Shown: positions 1-10,083, counted from the first letter of the stretch. The stretch is DNA of 27,896 bases from Escherichia coli (GCF_003334255.1 NZ_QOWU01000061.1), one strand, 5' to 3'. Program-made: numbers and translations. Notes: generated from the letters alone by a model not told the origin.

Positions 1-263
1 ACGCGAGGCATCGTCTTAACGAGGCACCGAGGCGTCGCATTCTTCAGATGGTTCAACCCTTAAGTTAGCGCTTATGGGTAAACCCCCGGGCGCGTTCCTT
101 TATCAAGATGACGTTCGAATATTCCGGCAGGTGCAGTTTGTTTATTCCAGAAAGGCGTTGAGCGCGTATGAATATAATTCTGTGGGATTTGAAGCATCCT
201 TTTCCCTCCTTCGGTGAATGCGCTGAAAACGGTTTATTCCAGCCGTTTCAGGGTACGCCTGAT

Positions 264-283
264 AATTTGCATTTTAAATACCA
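264..283. promoter_or_regulatory. Near-palindromic AATTTGCATTTTAAATACCA resembling an NsrR operator (probable yeaR-yoaG promoter region downstream of leuE)
   Basis: Imperfect 11-1-11 inverted repeat similar to the NsrR consensus as I recall it; the position fits the region between leuE and the next minus-strand gene (yeaR in K-12). Motif match by eye only. Confidence 0.3.
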
Positions 284-369
284 TTTATTGGTTACTTTTT
301 AGCACCATATCAGCGAAGAATCAGGGAGGATTATAGATGGGAAGCCCGCGACAACGCGGGCTGAAAGCA

Positions 370-1109
<740 letters not shown>

Positions 1110-1134
1110 ATCAACCCGATAATTGAATCATTAA

Positions 1135-2058
1135 TCAGGCATGCTCCAGTGAAAAATTCGGGTAGTGCTCGGCAAAATACTGGCGTAAAAATTCTACCGT
1201 TATCCGCACTTTCGCTGACGTCGCCAGCCTTGAAACATAAACGGCCCAGACGTTCGCTGGCTGGTAATATTCCGGTAGCACTTGCACTAAATGACCACTG
1301 GCAATGTTTTCGCTAACATCCCACCAGGAACGCAGAGCAATCCCCTGCCCATCGAGACACCACTGATGGACAATTTCTCCATGATTAGACGACAGTGGGC
1401 CGGTGACTTTAATCGCATGGGGGCCTTCTTTATTGCGTAATTGCCAGACACCAAAAGGATGATCGCGCTCTTTAATGACCAGGCACGGCAATGCAGAAAG
1501 ATCGGTTAAATGTTTCGGCGCGCCATGTTGCGCAATAAATTCCGGCGACGCGCAGAGAATACGGTAATTGGTCGCCAGTTTGCGGGCGATTAAATTAGGG
1601 GCGATGTCATCGCCAATGCGAATATCGAGATCGACACCTTCATTGACCAAATCGACCAGTCGGTCTTCCACATCAAAACGTAATTCCAGTTGCGGATACG
1701 CCTTCGCCAGCGCTGATAACGCCGGAGCCACCACCTGTCGTCCAAAACCAAAGCTGCTGATAATACGCAGCATCCCCTGCGGCACCTGACGCACGTCAGA
1801 AAGTTCGTCCATCATCTGACCGACATCCTGCAAAATCCGCTGCGCCCATTCATAAATCCGCTCTCCTTCTTCGGTAATGGTGACGCGGCGGGTGGTGCGG
1901 TGTAACAACACCACGTTTAGCGTTTGCTCCAGCAAGGCGATGCGCTTGCTGACGAACGCCGGTGAAACGCCCAGTTCTTCCGCCACGGCGGCAAAACCAG
2001 CCCGGCGAGCCACCAGCATAAAGACGCGCAAATCATTCAGCAGCGGTAAATTATTCAT
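1135..2058 (-). CDS. dmlR: LysR-type transcriptional regulator of D-malate utilisation (307 aa)
   Basis: ORF track 1135..2079 (314 aa from GTG); in-frame ATG at 2058 gives 307 aa MNNLPLLNDLRVFMLVARR... with an N-terminal LysR-type HTH region; divergent from dmlA. Alternative start GTG at 2079. Confidence 0.85.
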   Translation of the reverse strand: MNNLPLLNDLRVFMLVARRAGFAAVAEELGVSPAFVSKRIALLEQTLNVVLLHRTTRRVTITEEGERIYEWAQRILQDVGQMMDELSDVRQVPQGMLRIISSFGFGRQVVAPALSALAKAYPQLELRFDVEDRLVDLVNEGVDLDIRIGDDIAPNLIARKLATNYRILCASPEFIAQHGAPKHLTDLSALPCLVIKERDHPFGVWQLRNKEGPHAIKVTGPLSSNHGEIVHQWCLDGQGIALRSWWDVSENIASGHLVQVLPEYYQPANVWAVYVSRLATSAKVRITVEFLRQYFAEHYPNFSLEHA

Positions 2059-2160
2059 GATTCGTGTTTTATGTTTCACCAGTTACGGGGATTAATTCCT
2101 TTTCAGTCAATTATAGGATGGTGATGTTGTCAATTTTGATGGTCAGGAAGTGAGAACCCA

Positions 2161-3246
2161 ATGATGAAAACGATGCGTATTGCTGCGATCCCGGGAGACG
2201 GGATTGGCAAAGAAGTCCTTCCTGAAGGGATTCGCGTGTTACAGGCTGCCGCTGAGCGCTGGGGCTTCGCCTTGAGTTTTGAGCAAATGGAGTGGGCGAG
2301 CTGCGAGTATTACAGCCATCACGGTAAAATGATGCCGGACGACTGGCATGAGCAACTTAGCCGTTTCGACGCCATCTATTTTGGTGCCGTCGGCTGGCCG
2401 GATACCGTTCCGGACCATATTTCGTTGTGGGGTTCGCTGCTGAAATTTCGTCGTGAATTCGACCAGTACGTCAACCTGCGCCCGGTTCGTCTCTTTCCTG
2501 GCGTTCCCTGCCCGCTGGCGGGAAAACAGCCTGGCGACATCGATTTTTACGTGGTCAGGGAAAACACCGAAGGCGAATATTCCTCGCTCGGCGGTAGAGT
2601 GAATGAAGGTACAGAGCATGAAGTCGTCATTCAGGAATCGGTATTTACCCGCCGTGGTGTCGATCGCATTTTGCGTTATGCCTTCGAACTTGCGCAAAGC
2701 CGTCCACGTAAGACACTAACTTCTGCCACTAAATCGAACGGTTTAGCCATCAGCATGCCGTACTGGGATGAGCGAGTGGAAGCAATGGCCGAGAATTACC
2801 CGGAGATCCGCTGGGACAAGCAGCATATTGATATTCTCTGCGCGCGTTTTGTGATGCAGCCGGAACGATTCGATGTGGTGGTGGCGTCCAATTTGTTTGG
2901 CGATATCCTTTCCGATCTTGGCCCGGCCTGCACCGGCACCATTGGCATTGCCCCATCCGCCAACCTGAATCCGGAACGCACTTTCCCGTCGCTCTTCGAG
3001 CCTGTCCACGGTTCCGCGCCGGATATCTACGGGAAAAATATTGCTAACCCTATCGCCACGATTTGGGCCGGGGCAATGATGCTCGATTTTCTCGGCAATG
3101 GCGATGAGCGTTTCCAGCAAGCGCATAACGGTATTCTGGCAGCAATTGAAGAAGTGATTGCTCACGGGCCGAAAACACCTGATATGAAAGGCAATGCCAC
3201 CACGCCACAGGTTGCCGACGCGATTTGCAAAATTATTTTGCGTTAA
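2161..3246 (+). CDS. dmlA: D-malate dehydrogenase (decarboxylating), isocitrate/isopropylmalate dehydrogenase family (361 aa)
   Basis: ORF 361 aa MMKTMRIAAIPGDGIGKEV... with the typical IDH/IPMDH N-terminal GDGIG motif; matches DmlA (YeaU). Confidence 0.9.
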   Translation: MMKTMRIAAIPGDGIGKEVLPEGIRVLQAAAERWGFALSFEQMEWASCEYYSHHGKMMPDDWHEQLSRFDAIYFGAVGWPDTVPDHISLWGSLLKFRREFDQYVNLRPVRLFPGVPCPLAGKQPGDIDFYVVRENTEGEYSSLGGRVNEGTEHEVVIQESVFTRRGVDRILRYAFELAQSRPRKTLTSATKSNGLAISMPYWDERVEAMAENYPEIRWDKQHIDILCARFVMQPERFDVVVASNLFGDILSDLGPACTGTIGIAPSANLNPERTFPSLFEPVHGSAPDIYGKNIANPIATIWAGAMMLDFLGNGDERFQQAHNGILAAIEEVIAHGPKTPDMKGNATTPQVADAICKIILR

Positions 3247-3267
3247 GGTCAAACCAGTTTATTTGAA

Positions 3268-3292
3268 CCGCGTCACTGACGCGGTTTTTTTA
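3268..3292 (+). terminator. Rho-independent terminator after dmlA
   Basis: CCGCGTCACTGACGCGG hairpin followed by a run of seven T at 3285-3291, about 20 nt after the dmlA stop. Confidence 0.8.
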
Positions 3293-3436
3293 TTCGTTCT
3301 TTGCAGTAAATAACCTGCGTCATTTCACCTTTTATTGTTTCCGTTTCGTGTTTTATGGCTTTCCGTATTCTTAATTGTTTAATTTATGTAACATGCAAAT
3401 TTTGTTACGCGTACGTTAGGTTCCGCCGTACAGGTA

Positions 3437-4882
3437 TTGGTTTTGCTGGCAATGGGACTGGTGATTTATTTAGCCACCAGTAAATACGGCAATATTCGTC
3501 TTGGCGAAGGAAAACCGGAATACAGCACGCTCTCCTGGCTGTTTATGTTTATTTGTGCCGGTTTAGGTTCTTCTACGCTTTATTGGGGGGTTGCTGAATG
3601 GGCCTATTATTATCAAACACCTGGATTAAATATCGCACCGCGTTCACAACAGGCACTCGAATTTAGCGTTCCCTACTCTTTCTTCCACTGGGGCATCAGC
3701 GCCTGGGCAACTTATACGCTGGCCTCATTAATCATGGCTTATCACTTTCATGTGCGGAAAAACAAAGGTCTGAGCCTTTCCGGCATTATTGCTGCTATTA
3801 CCGGCGTTCGCCCGCAAGGCCCATGGGGAAAACTGGTCGATTTGATGTTCCTGATCGCCACTGTCGGCGCACTGACCATTTCCCTTGTTGTTACCGCAGC
3901 AACCTTTACCCGTGGGCTTTCCGCGCTGACCGGTTTACCCGATAACTTCACCGTGCAGGCATTTGTGATCCTGCTTTCCGGCGGCATTTTTTGCCTAAGC
4001 TCGTGGATTGGTATCAACAACGGTTTGCAACGTCTGAGCAAAATGGTTGGCTGGGGCGCGTTCCTGCTGCCATTACTGGTGCTGATTGTCGGCCCAACCG
4101 AATTTATTACCAACAGCATCATCAATGCCATCGGCCTGACCACGCAAAACTTCCTGCAAATGAGCTTATTCACCGATCCGCTTGGCGATGGTTCATTTAC
4201 CCGCAACTGGACCGTTTTCTACTGGCTGTGGTGGATCTCATACACCCCTGGCGTAGCAATGTTTGTCACCCGCGTTTCCCGCGGTCGTAAGATTAAAGAA
4301 GTTATCTGGGGACTGATCCTCGGCAGCACCGTCGGTTGCTGGTTCTTCTTTGGCGTAATGGAAAGCTATGCCATTCATCAGTTTATCAATGGCGTAATCA
4401 ACGTCCCACAGGTGCTGGAAACACTGGGCGGCGAAACAGCTGTACAGCAAGTTCTGATGTCGTTGCCAGCCGGTAAATTGTTCCTCGCCGCATACCTGGG
4501 CGTGATGATTATTTTCCTTGCCTCGCATATGGATGCAGTGGCCTACACCATGGCGGCGACCAGTACGCGTAATCTCCAGGAAGGTGACGATCCTGACCGT
4601 GGGCTGCGTCTTTTCTGGTGCGTGGTGATCACTCTGATCCCGCTTTCCATCTTGTTTACCGGTGCTTCGCTGGAAACGATGAAAACCACCGTCGTGCTCA
4701 CAGCCCTTCCCTTCCTCGTCATTTTACTGGTGAAAGTCGGCGGGTTTATTCGCTGGCTGAAACAGGATTACGCCGACATTCCGGCTCATCAAGTTGAACA
4801 TTATCTCCCGCAGACACCGGTTGAAGCCCTGGAAAAAACGCCAGTGCTCCCTGCGGGAACCGTATTCAAAGGCGACAACTGA
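3437..4882 (+). CDS. yeaV: BCCT-family (betaine/carnitine/choline) transporter, probable carnitine-related uptake (481 aa)
   Basis: ORF 481 aa; aligns by eye with CaiT/BetT from the end of TM2 onward ([23 protein letters not shown]; [24 protein letters not shown]). Longest ORF starts with TTG at 3437; first ATG at 3452. In-frame stops lie upstream. Confidence 0.85.
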
Positions 4883-4913
4883 GCGCCATCATCCTAACGA
4901 TAAAGGTATCCCT

Positions 4914-6038
4914 ATGAGCAATCTGAGCCCTGACTTTGTACTACCCGAAAATTTTTGCGCTAACCCGCAAGAGGCGTGGACCATTCCTGCCCGTTTTTAT
5001 ACCGATCAGAACGCGTTTGAACACGAAAAAGAGAACGTCTTCGCCAAAAGCTGGATTTGCGTCGCTCACAGCAGCGAACTGGCGAATGCCAATGATTATG
5101 TGACGCGTGAGATCATTGGCGAAAGCATCGTGCTGGTACGCGGTCGTGATAAGGTTTTGCGCGCGTTCTATAACGTGTGTCCGCACCGTGGTCATCAGTT
5201 GTTGAGCGGTGAAGGAAAAGCAAAAAATGTGATTACCTGCCCGTATCACGCATGGGCATTCAAACTCGATGGCAACCTGGCCCATGCACGTAACTGCGAA
5301 AACGTCGCCAATTTCGATAGCGACAAAGCGCAACTGGTTCCGGTGCGTCTGGAAGAATATGCCGGATTCGTCTTCATCAACATGGACCCCAACGCCACCA
5401 GCGTAGAAGATCAATTACCCGGCCTGGGCGCGAAAGTGCTGGAAGCCTGCCCGGAAGTCCACGATCTGAAACTGGCGGCCCGCTTTACCACCCGCACGCC
5501 TGCCAACTGGAAGAACATTGTCGATAACTATCTCGAGTGCTATCACTGTGGTCCGGCGCATCCAGGTTTCTCCGACTCCGTACAGGTTGATCGTTACTGG
5601 CACACCATGCACGGTAACTGGACGCTGCAATACGGTTTCGCCAAACCGTCCGAACAGTCGTTTAAATTTGAAGAGGGTACGGATGCGGCATTCCACGGTT
5701 TCTGGCTGTGGCCGTGCACGATGCTGAACGTCACCCCGATCAAAGGGATGATGACGGTCATTTATGAATTCCCGGTGGATTCTGAAACTACCCTGCAAAA
5801 CTACGATATTTACTTCACCAATGAAGAGTTAACCGATGAGCAAAAATCGCTGATTGAGTGGTATCGCGATGTGTTCCGTCCGGAAGATTTACGTCTGGTT
5901 GAAAGCGTACAGAAAGGGCTGAAATCGCGTGGCTATCGTGGTCAGGGGCGCATCATGGCCGACAGTAGCGGTAGTGGCATTTCCGAACATGGTATCGCCC
6001 ATTTCCATAATCTGCTGGCGCAGGTGTTTAAGGACTAA
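4914..6038 (+). CDS. yeaW: Carnitine monooxygenase oxygenase subunit, Rieske [2Fe-2S] non-haem iron oxygenase (374 aa)
   Basis: In-frame ATG at 4914 preceded by AAAGG gives 374 aa MSNLSPDFVLPEN...; Rieske motif CPHRGH...CPYHAW present; the track ORF from 4794 is an upstream extension overlapping the yeaV 3' end. Confidence 0.9.
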   Translation: MSNLSPDFVLPENFCANPQEAWTIPARFYTDQNAFEHEKENVFAKSWICVAHSSELANANDYVTREIIGESIVLVRGRDKVLRAFYNVCPHRGHQLLSGEGKAKNVITCPYHAWAFKLDGNLAHARNCENVANFDSDKAQLVPVRLEEYAGFVFINMDPNATSVEDQLPGLGAKVLEACPEVHDLKLAARFTTRTPANWKNIVDNYLECYHCGPAHPGFSDSVQVDRYWHTMHGNWTLQYGFAKPSEQSFKFEEGTDAAFHGFWLWPCTMLNVTPIKGMMTVIYEFPVDSETTLQNYDIYFTNEELTDEQKSLIEWYRDVFRPEDLRLVESVQKGLKSRGYRGQGRIMADSSGSGISEHGIAHFHNLLAQVFKD

Positions 6039-6093
6039 TGACATCGGCGGCGGTATTTTCCGCCGCTGGGCTGATTTTTGATGGAGTACAGCA

Positions 6094-7059
6094 ATGTCAG
6101 ACTATCAAATGTTTGAAGTACAGGTGAGCCAGGTTGAACCCCTTACCGAACAGGTGAAACGCTTCACGCTGGTGGCAACCGATGGCAAACCATTACCTGC
6201 GTTTACCGGAGGAAGTCACGTCATTGTGCAGATGAGCGATGGTGATAACCAGTACAGCAATGCGTATTCACTACTGAGTTCGCCGCATGACACCTCTTGT
6301 TATCAGATTGCCGTTCGGCTGGAGGAAAACTCGCGCGGCGGTTCCCGCTTTTTGCATCAGCAGGTAAAAGTGGGCGATCGGTTAACGATTTCAACGCCTA
6401 ATAACCTGTTTGCGCTAATTCCCTCAGCCAGAAAGCATCTGTTTATCGCGGGCGGTATTGGTATCACCCCTTTCCTGTCGCACATGGCAGAGCTGCAACA
6501 CAGCGACGTCGACTGGCAGCTACATTACTGCTCGCGAAATCCAGAAAGTTGCGCATTTCGTGATGAGCTAGTCCAGCATCCGCAGGCTGAGAAAGTCCAT
6601 TTGCATCATTCATCAACCGGAACACGACTGGAATTAGCGCGATTATTGGCGGATATCGAACCTGGCACACACGTTTATACCTGTGGCCCCGAGGCGCTAA
6701 TTGAAGCGGTAAGAAGTGAAGCTGCGCGTCTGGACATCGCCGCCGATACGCTGCACTTTGAGCAATTTGCTATCGAAGACAAAACCGGCGATGCATTTAC
6801 CCTGGTGCTTGCCCGTTCCGGAAAAGAGTTTGTGGTGCCGGAAGAGATGACTATTTTGCAGGTTATTGAAAATAATAAAGCCGCGAAAGTGGAATGTTTA
6901 TGTCGTGAAGGGGTATGCGGAACCTGCGAAACAGCAATACTGGAAGGTGAAGCTGACCATCGGGATCAATATTTTAGCGATGAAGAGCGTGCCAGCCAGC
7001 AAAGTATGTTGATCTGTTGTTCGCGTGCGAAGGGTAAACGCCTGGTGTTGGATTTGTAG
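6094..7059 (+). CDS. yeaX: Carnitine monooxygenase reductase subunit, FNR-like flavin/NAD domain plus C-terminal plant-type 2Fe-2S ferredoxin (321 aa)
   Basis: ORF 321 aa; C-terminal CREGVCGTCE ferredoxin cysteine motif; located directly after yeaW. Confidence 0.9.
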   Translation: MSDYQMFEVQVSQVEPLTEQVKRFTLVATDGKPLPAFTGGSHVIVQMSDGDNQYSNAYSLLSSPHDTSCYQIAVRLEENSRGGSRFLHQQVKVGDRLTISTPNNLFALIPSARKHLFIAGGIGITPFLSHMAELQHSDVDWQLHYCSRNPESCAFRDELVQHPQAEKVHLHHSSTGTRLELARLLADIEPGTHVYTCGPEALIEAVRSEAARLDIAADTLHFEQFAIEDKTGDAFTLVLARSGKEFVVPEEMTILQVIENNKAAKVECLCREGVCGTCETAILEGEADHRDQYFSDEERASQQSMLICCSRAKGKRLVLDL

Positions 7060-7063
7060 TTTG

Positions 7064-7114
7064 CCGAAGCCGGATGTGGCGCTGAGCGCGCCCAGTCCGG
7101 CTTCGGAAGATTTT
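7064..7114 (+). terminator. Long GC-rich palindrome (REP-like) acting as terminator in the yeaX/rnd convergent gap
   Basis: Perfect 11-bp arms CCGAAGCCGGA (7064-7074) and TCCGGCTTCGG (7096-7106) with an inner GGCGC/GCGCC stem, followed by GATTTTAC on the plus strand; the GCCGGATG core resembles REP units. Confidence 0.55.
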
Positions 7115-8240
7115 ACTGCGGATATTCCTGCAATAAATTGTGTAATGCTTCCGCCATCAGCTCACCACGCCAGCCGGAAATCAGCTCCGGCAAATTGTTC
7201 TGCGGTTTCAGTTTCCAGTGCCAGTTCAGCAGTTGGTTGATTTGCCGACGCGATGCCAGCAATTCGGCGCTGATCTTATGCGTTTCGCTCACGTCAGTAA
7301 TCAGCGACTTAATCGCTTTAAACGCTTTACGATAACCCGGCATGTCCATCAGGTTAAGCATCGGCTGCGGTAAGGCATCTTCCGGCAATGTCTGCGCTTT
7401 TTCCACCAGCGCTAGCAGCGTTTTACCGTGAAAGCGGATTTCGCTACCGGATAAACCCAGGCTGTCCAGTTCGCCTAAACTTCCCGGCATATAACGCGCT
7501 ACCGACCACAAATGCTCTTCACGCACGACAAAGTTCACCGCCAGATCGCGCTCTCGCGCCTTGCGCAGTCGCCAGTCGGCTAACAGTTGCAGACAGGCCA
7601 GTTGGCGTGTGCGTAATTGCCAGGCATTGGTGATATCACGCCAGGCATCTTCCGGCGCAACGACTTCCTGACGACGCATTTGCATCAGGCGGCATTCATC
7701 CAGCGCCGCAGGTAGCCAGCCGGAGGCCTCCGTTTCTACCATAAGCTTGGCGGTGATCGGTAACAGATACCAGACATCCGCCGCTGCGTATTCACACTGA
7801 CGTTCGGTCAGCGGTCTGGCCAGCCAGTCGGTGCGCGATTCACTCTTGTCCAGCGTAACGCCGGAATACTCTTCCACCATGGAAGCGAAACCCCATGACA
7901 TCGGGCGTCCGCAGAAGGCAGCAAGGATTTGCGTGTCAATCAAGGGTTGTGGTAATTCGCCAAAGACATTGAGGAACACTTCCAGATCTTCACTGCCTGC
8001 ATGGAGAAATTTTGTGATGGACGGATCGCGCAGGATCGCTTTCAGCGGTGACCAGTCGGTGATCCCGAGTGGATCGATTAGCGCCAGATGCTCGCCATCG
8101 AAAAGTTGAATCAACCCCAGCTGCGGGTAATAAGTGCGCGTACGAACAAATTCAGTATCCAGGGCTATCGCCGGAAAGGCACGGACGGCTTCACACAAAG
8201 AAGCCAGCGCATCGTCCGTGGTAATCATTTGGTAATTCAA
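7113..8240 (-). CDS. rnd: Ribonuclease D, 3'-5' exoribonuclease for tRNA processing (375 aa)
   Basis: ORF 375 aa MNYQMITTDDALASLCEAV..., DEDD exonuclease family; start codon is TTG (complement of CAA at 8238-8240), consistent with the known UUG start of rnd. Confidence 0.9.
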   Translation of the reverse strand: MNYQMITTDDALASLCEAVRAFPAIALDTEFVRTRTYYPQLGLIQLFDGEHLALIDPLGITDWSPLKAILRDPSITKFLHAGSEDLEVFLNVFGELPQPLIDTQILAAFCGRPMSWGFASMVEEYSGVTLDKSESRTDWLARPLTERQCEYAAADVWYLLPITAKLMVETEASGWLPAALDECRLMQMRRQEVVAPEDAWRDITNAWQLRTRQLACLQLLADWRLRKARERDLAVNFVVREEHLWSVARYMPGSLGELDSLGLSGSEIRFHGKTLLALVEKAQTLPEDALPQPMLNLMDMPGYRKAFKAIKSLITDVSETHKISAELLASRRQINQLLNWHWKLKPQNNLPELISGWRGELMAEALHNLLQEYPQ

Positions 8241-8263
8241 ATTGTTTTCTCTTTAGTGGGCGT

Positions 8264-8290
8264 CAAAAAAAACGCCGGATTAACCGGCGT
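8264..8290 (-). terminator. Hairpin plus U8 tract: fadD terminator and rnd 5'-leader translation-enhancing stem-loop
   Basis: On the minus strand ACGCCGGUUAAUCCGGCGU is followed by eight U; it lies between the fadD stop (8310) and the rnd start (8240). Confidence 0.75.
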
Positions 8291-8309
8291 CTGACGACTG
8301 ACTTAACGC

Positions 8310-9995
8310 TCAGGCTTTATTGTCCACTTTGCCGCGCGCTTCGTCACGTAATTCTCGTCGCAAAATTTTTCCGACGTTAGATTTCGGTAACTCATCACGA
8401 AACTCCACCAGCTTCGGTACTTTGTATCCCGTGAGCTGACGGCGGCAAAAAGTCACCAGTGACTCTTCGGTAAGCGATGGATCTTTTTTCACTACGAAGA
8501 TTTTCACCGCTTCACCACTGGAGCCGGAAGGTACGCCAACAGCCGCGACTTCCTGTACGCCAGGATGCTGCATGACGACATCTTCAATCTCGTTGGGATA
8601 GACGTTAAAACCGGAAACCAGAATCATGTCTTTTTTACGATCGACAATGCGCAGGAATCCTTCTTCATCCATTACCGCGATGTCGCCGGTGTGTAACCAG
8701 CCATTTTTGATGATTTCATCGGTAGCATCGGGACGCTGCCAGTAACCCAGCATCACCTGCGGTCCTTTGACACAAAGCTCACCCGGTTGACCTGGTGGTA
8801 CTTCATTATCATCATCATCCACCAGTTTGGCTTCCGTCGACGGCACCGGCAAACCGATGCTACCACTATGATAATCAATATCATATGGGTTAACGCTGAC
8901 CAGCGGCGCACACTCGGTAAGGCCATAGCCTTCCAGCAGATACTGTCCGGTCAGTTTCACCCAACGCTCTGCCACCACTTGCTGCACTGGCATCCCACCG
9001 CCTGCGGAAAGATGCAGACTGGAGAAATCCAGCTGCTGGAACTCTTTATTGTTCAGCAACGCATTGAACAAGGTGTTAACGCCCGTGATAGCGGTAAACG
9101 GATATTTCGCTAACTCTTTTACCAACCCTGGAATATCGCGCGGGTTAGTGATAAGCAGGTTCTGCCCACCCAGTTCGATAAACAGCAGGCAGTTAATGGT
9201 CAGGGCAAAAATGTGATACAGCGGCAGCGCCGTCACCACCAGCTCTTTGCCCGGATGCAACAGCGGACCATAGGTCGCGTTAACCTGTTCCAGGTTCGCC
9301 AGCATATTGCGGTGAGTCAGCATCGCGCCTTTCGCCACACCAGTGGTGCCGCCGGTGTATTGCAGAAAAGCTAAATCTTCCGGCACCAGTTCGGGTTTGA
9401 CGTACTGCATCCGGTAGCCGTTATGCAGTGCGCTACGAAATGAAATGGCATCTGGCAGATGGTATTTCGGCACCAAACGCTTGATGTATTTAACAACGAA
9501 ATTGACTACCGTGCCTTTTGCCGTAGATAGCTGATCGCCCATACGGGTCAGAATTACGTGCTGAACGGCGGTTTTATCAACCACTTTTTCCAGTGTGTGA
9601 GCAAAGTTAGACACGATAACAATCGCCGATGCGCCGCTATCGTTAAGCTGATGCTCAAGCTCACGCGGGGTATACAACGGGTTAACGTTTACGACGATCA
9701 TCCCGGCACGCAAAATGCCAAACAGCGCCACCGGATATTGCAATAAATTAGGCATCATCAACGCAACGCGATCGCCTTTCTTCAGCCCCAACCCTTGTTG
9801 CAAATAAGCGGCAAACGCGCGACTGCGTTCTTCCAGCTTGCGGAAGGTCATTACCTCCCCCATATTCACAAACGCAGGTTGATCGGCGTAGCGCGCGACC
9901 GACTGCTCAAACATATCTACCAGAGATTGATAACGGTCAGGGTTGATCTCCGTCGGAACGTCCGCGGGATAACGGTTAAGCCAAACCTTCTTCAA
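8310..9995 (-). CDS. fadD: Long-chain-fatty-acid--CoA ligase (acyl-CoA synthetase), 561 aa
   Basis: Adenylate-forming enzyme motifs ([17 protein letters not shown]-loop-like; GYGLTE); in-frame TTG at 9995 preceded by a GAGGTGA Shine-Dalgarno gives the 561-aa product [10 protein letters not shown]...; the track ORF 8310..10061 is an upstream over-extension. Confidence 0.85.
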
Positions 9996-10066
9996 TTCTT
10001 CACCTCTAAAATGCGTGTTCGTCGTCATCGCAACCCCAAATGATATACATGCCGTTAACATAATAT

Positions 10067-10083
10067 TAACTCATCATACCAGC
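10067..10083 (-). promoter_or_regulatory. FadR operator O1 of the fadD promoter
   Basis: Minus-strand sequence AGCTGGTATGATGAGTT matches the FadR consensus ANCTGGTCNGAYNTGTT in 15 of 17 positions; 72-88 nt upstream of the fadD start. Confidence 0.6.

Noticed and set aside
1-59. Possible 5' end of a minus-strand gene (yeaR in K-12) running off the left edge, e.g. ATG at 40..38
   Set aside because: Only about 13 codons lie within the window, with no clear ribosome-binding site; cannot be verified without flanking sequence.
338-365. Hairpin AGCCCGCG-ACAA-CGCGGGCT just downstream of the leuE stop as a possible leuE terminator
   Set aside because: On the minus strand the stem is not followed by a U-rich tract, so it does not meet intrinsic-terminator criteria; possibly a stabilising stem-loop only.
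3311-3382. In-frame hydrophobic stretch (FHLLLFPFRVLWLSVFLIV) upstream of yeaV that could be read as a remnant of the missing TM1
   Set aside because: The sequence is T-rich, which automatically translates to Phe/Leu; it is bounded by stops and has no start; insufficient to call a decayed exon.
4794-4913. N-terminal 40-codon extension of the yeaW ORF overlapping the 3' end of yeaV
   Set aside because: The downstream ATG at 4914 has a proper ribosome-binding site and gives the 374-aa protein; the extension would overlap yeaV by ~90 nt and is basic and low-complexity.
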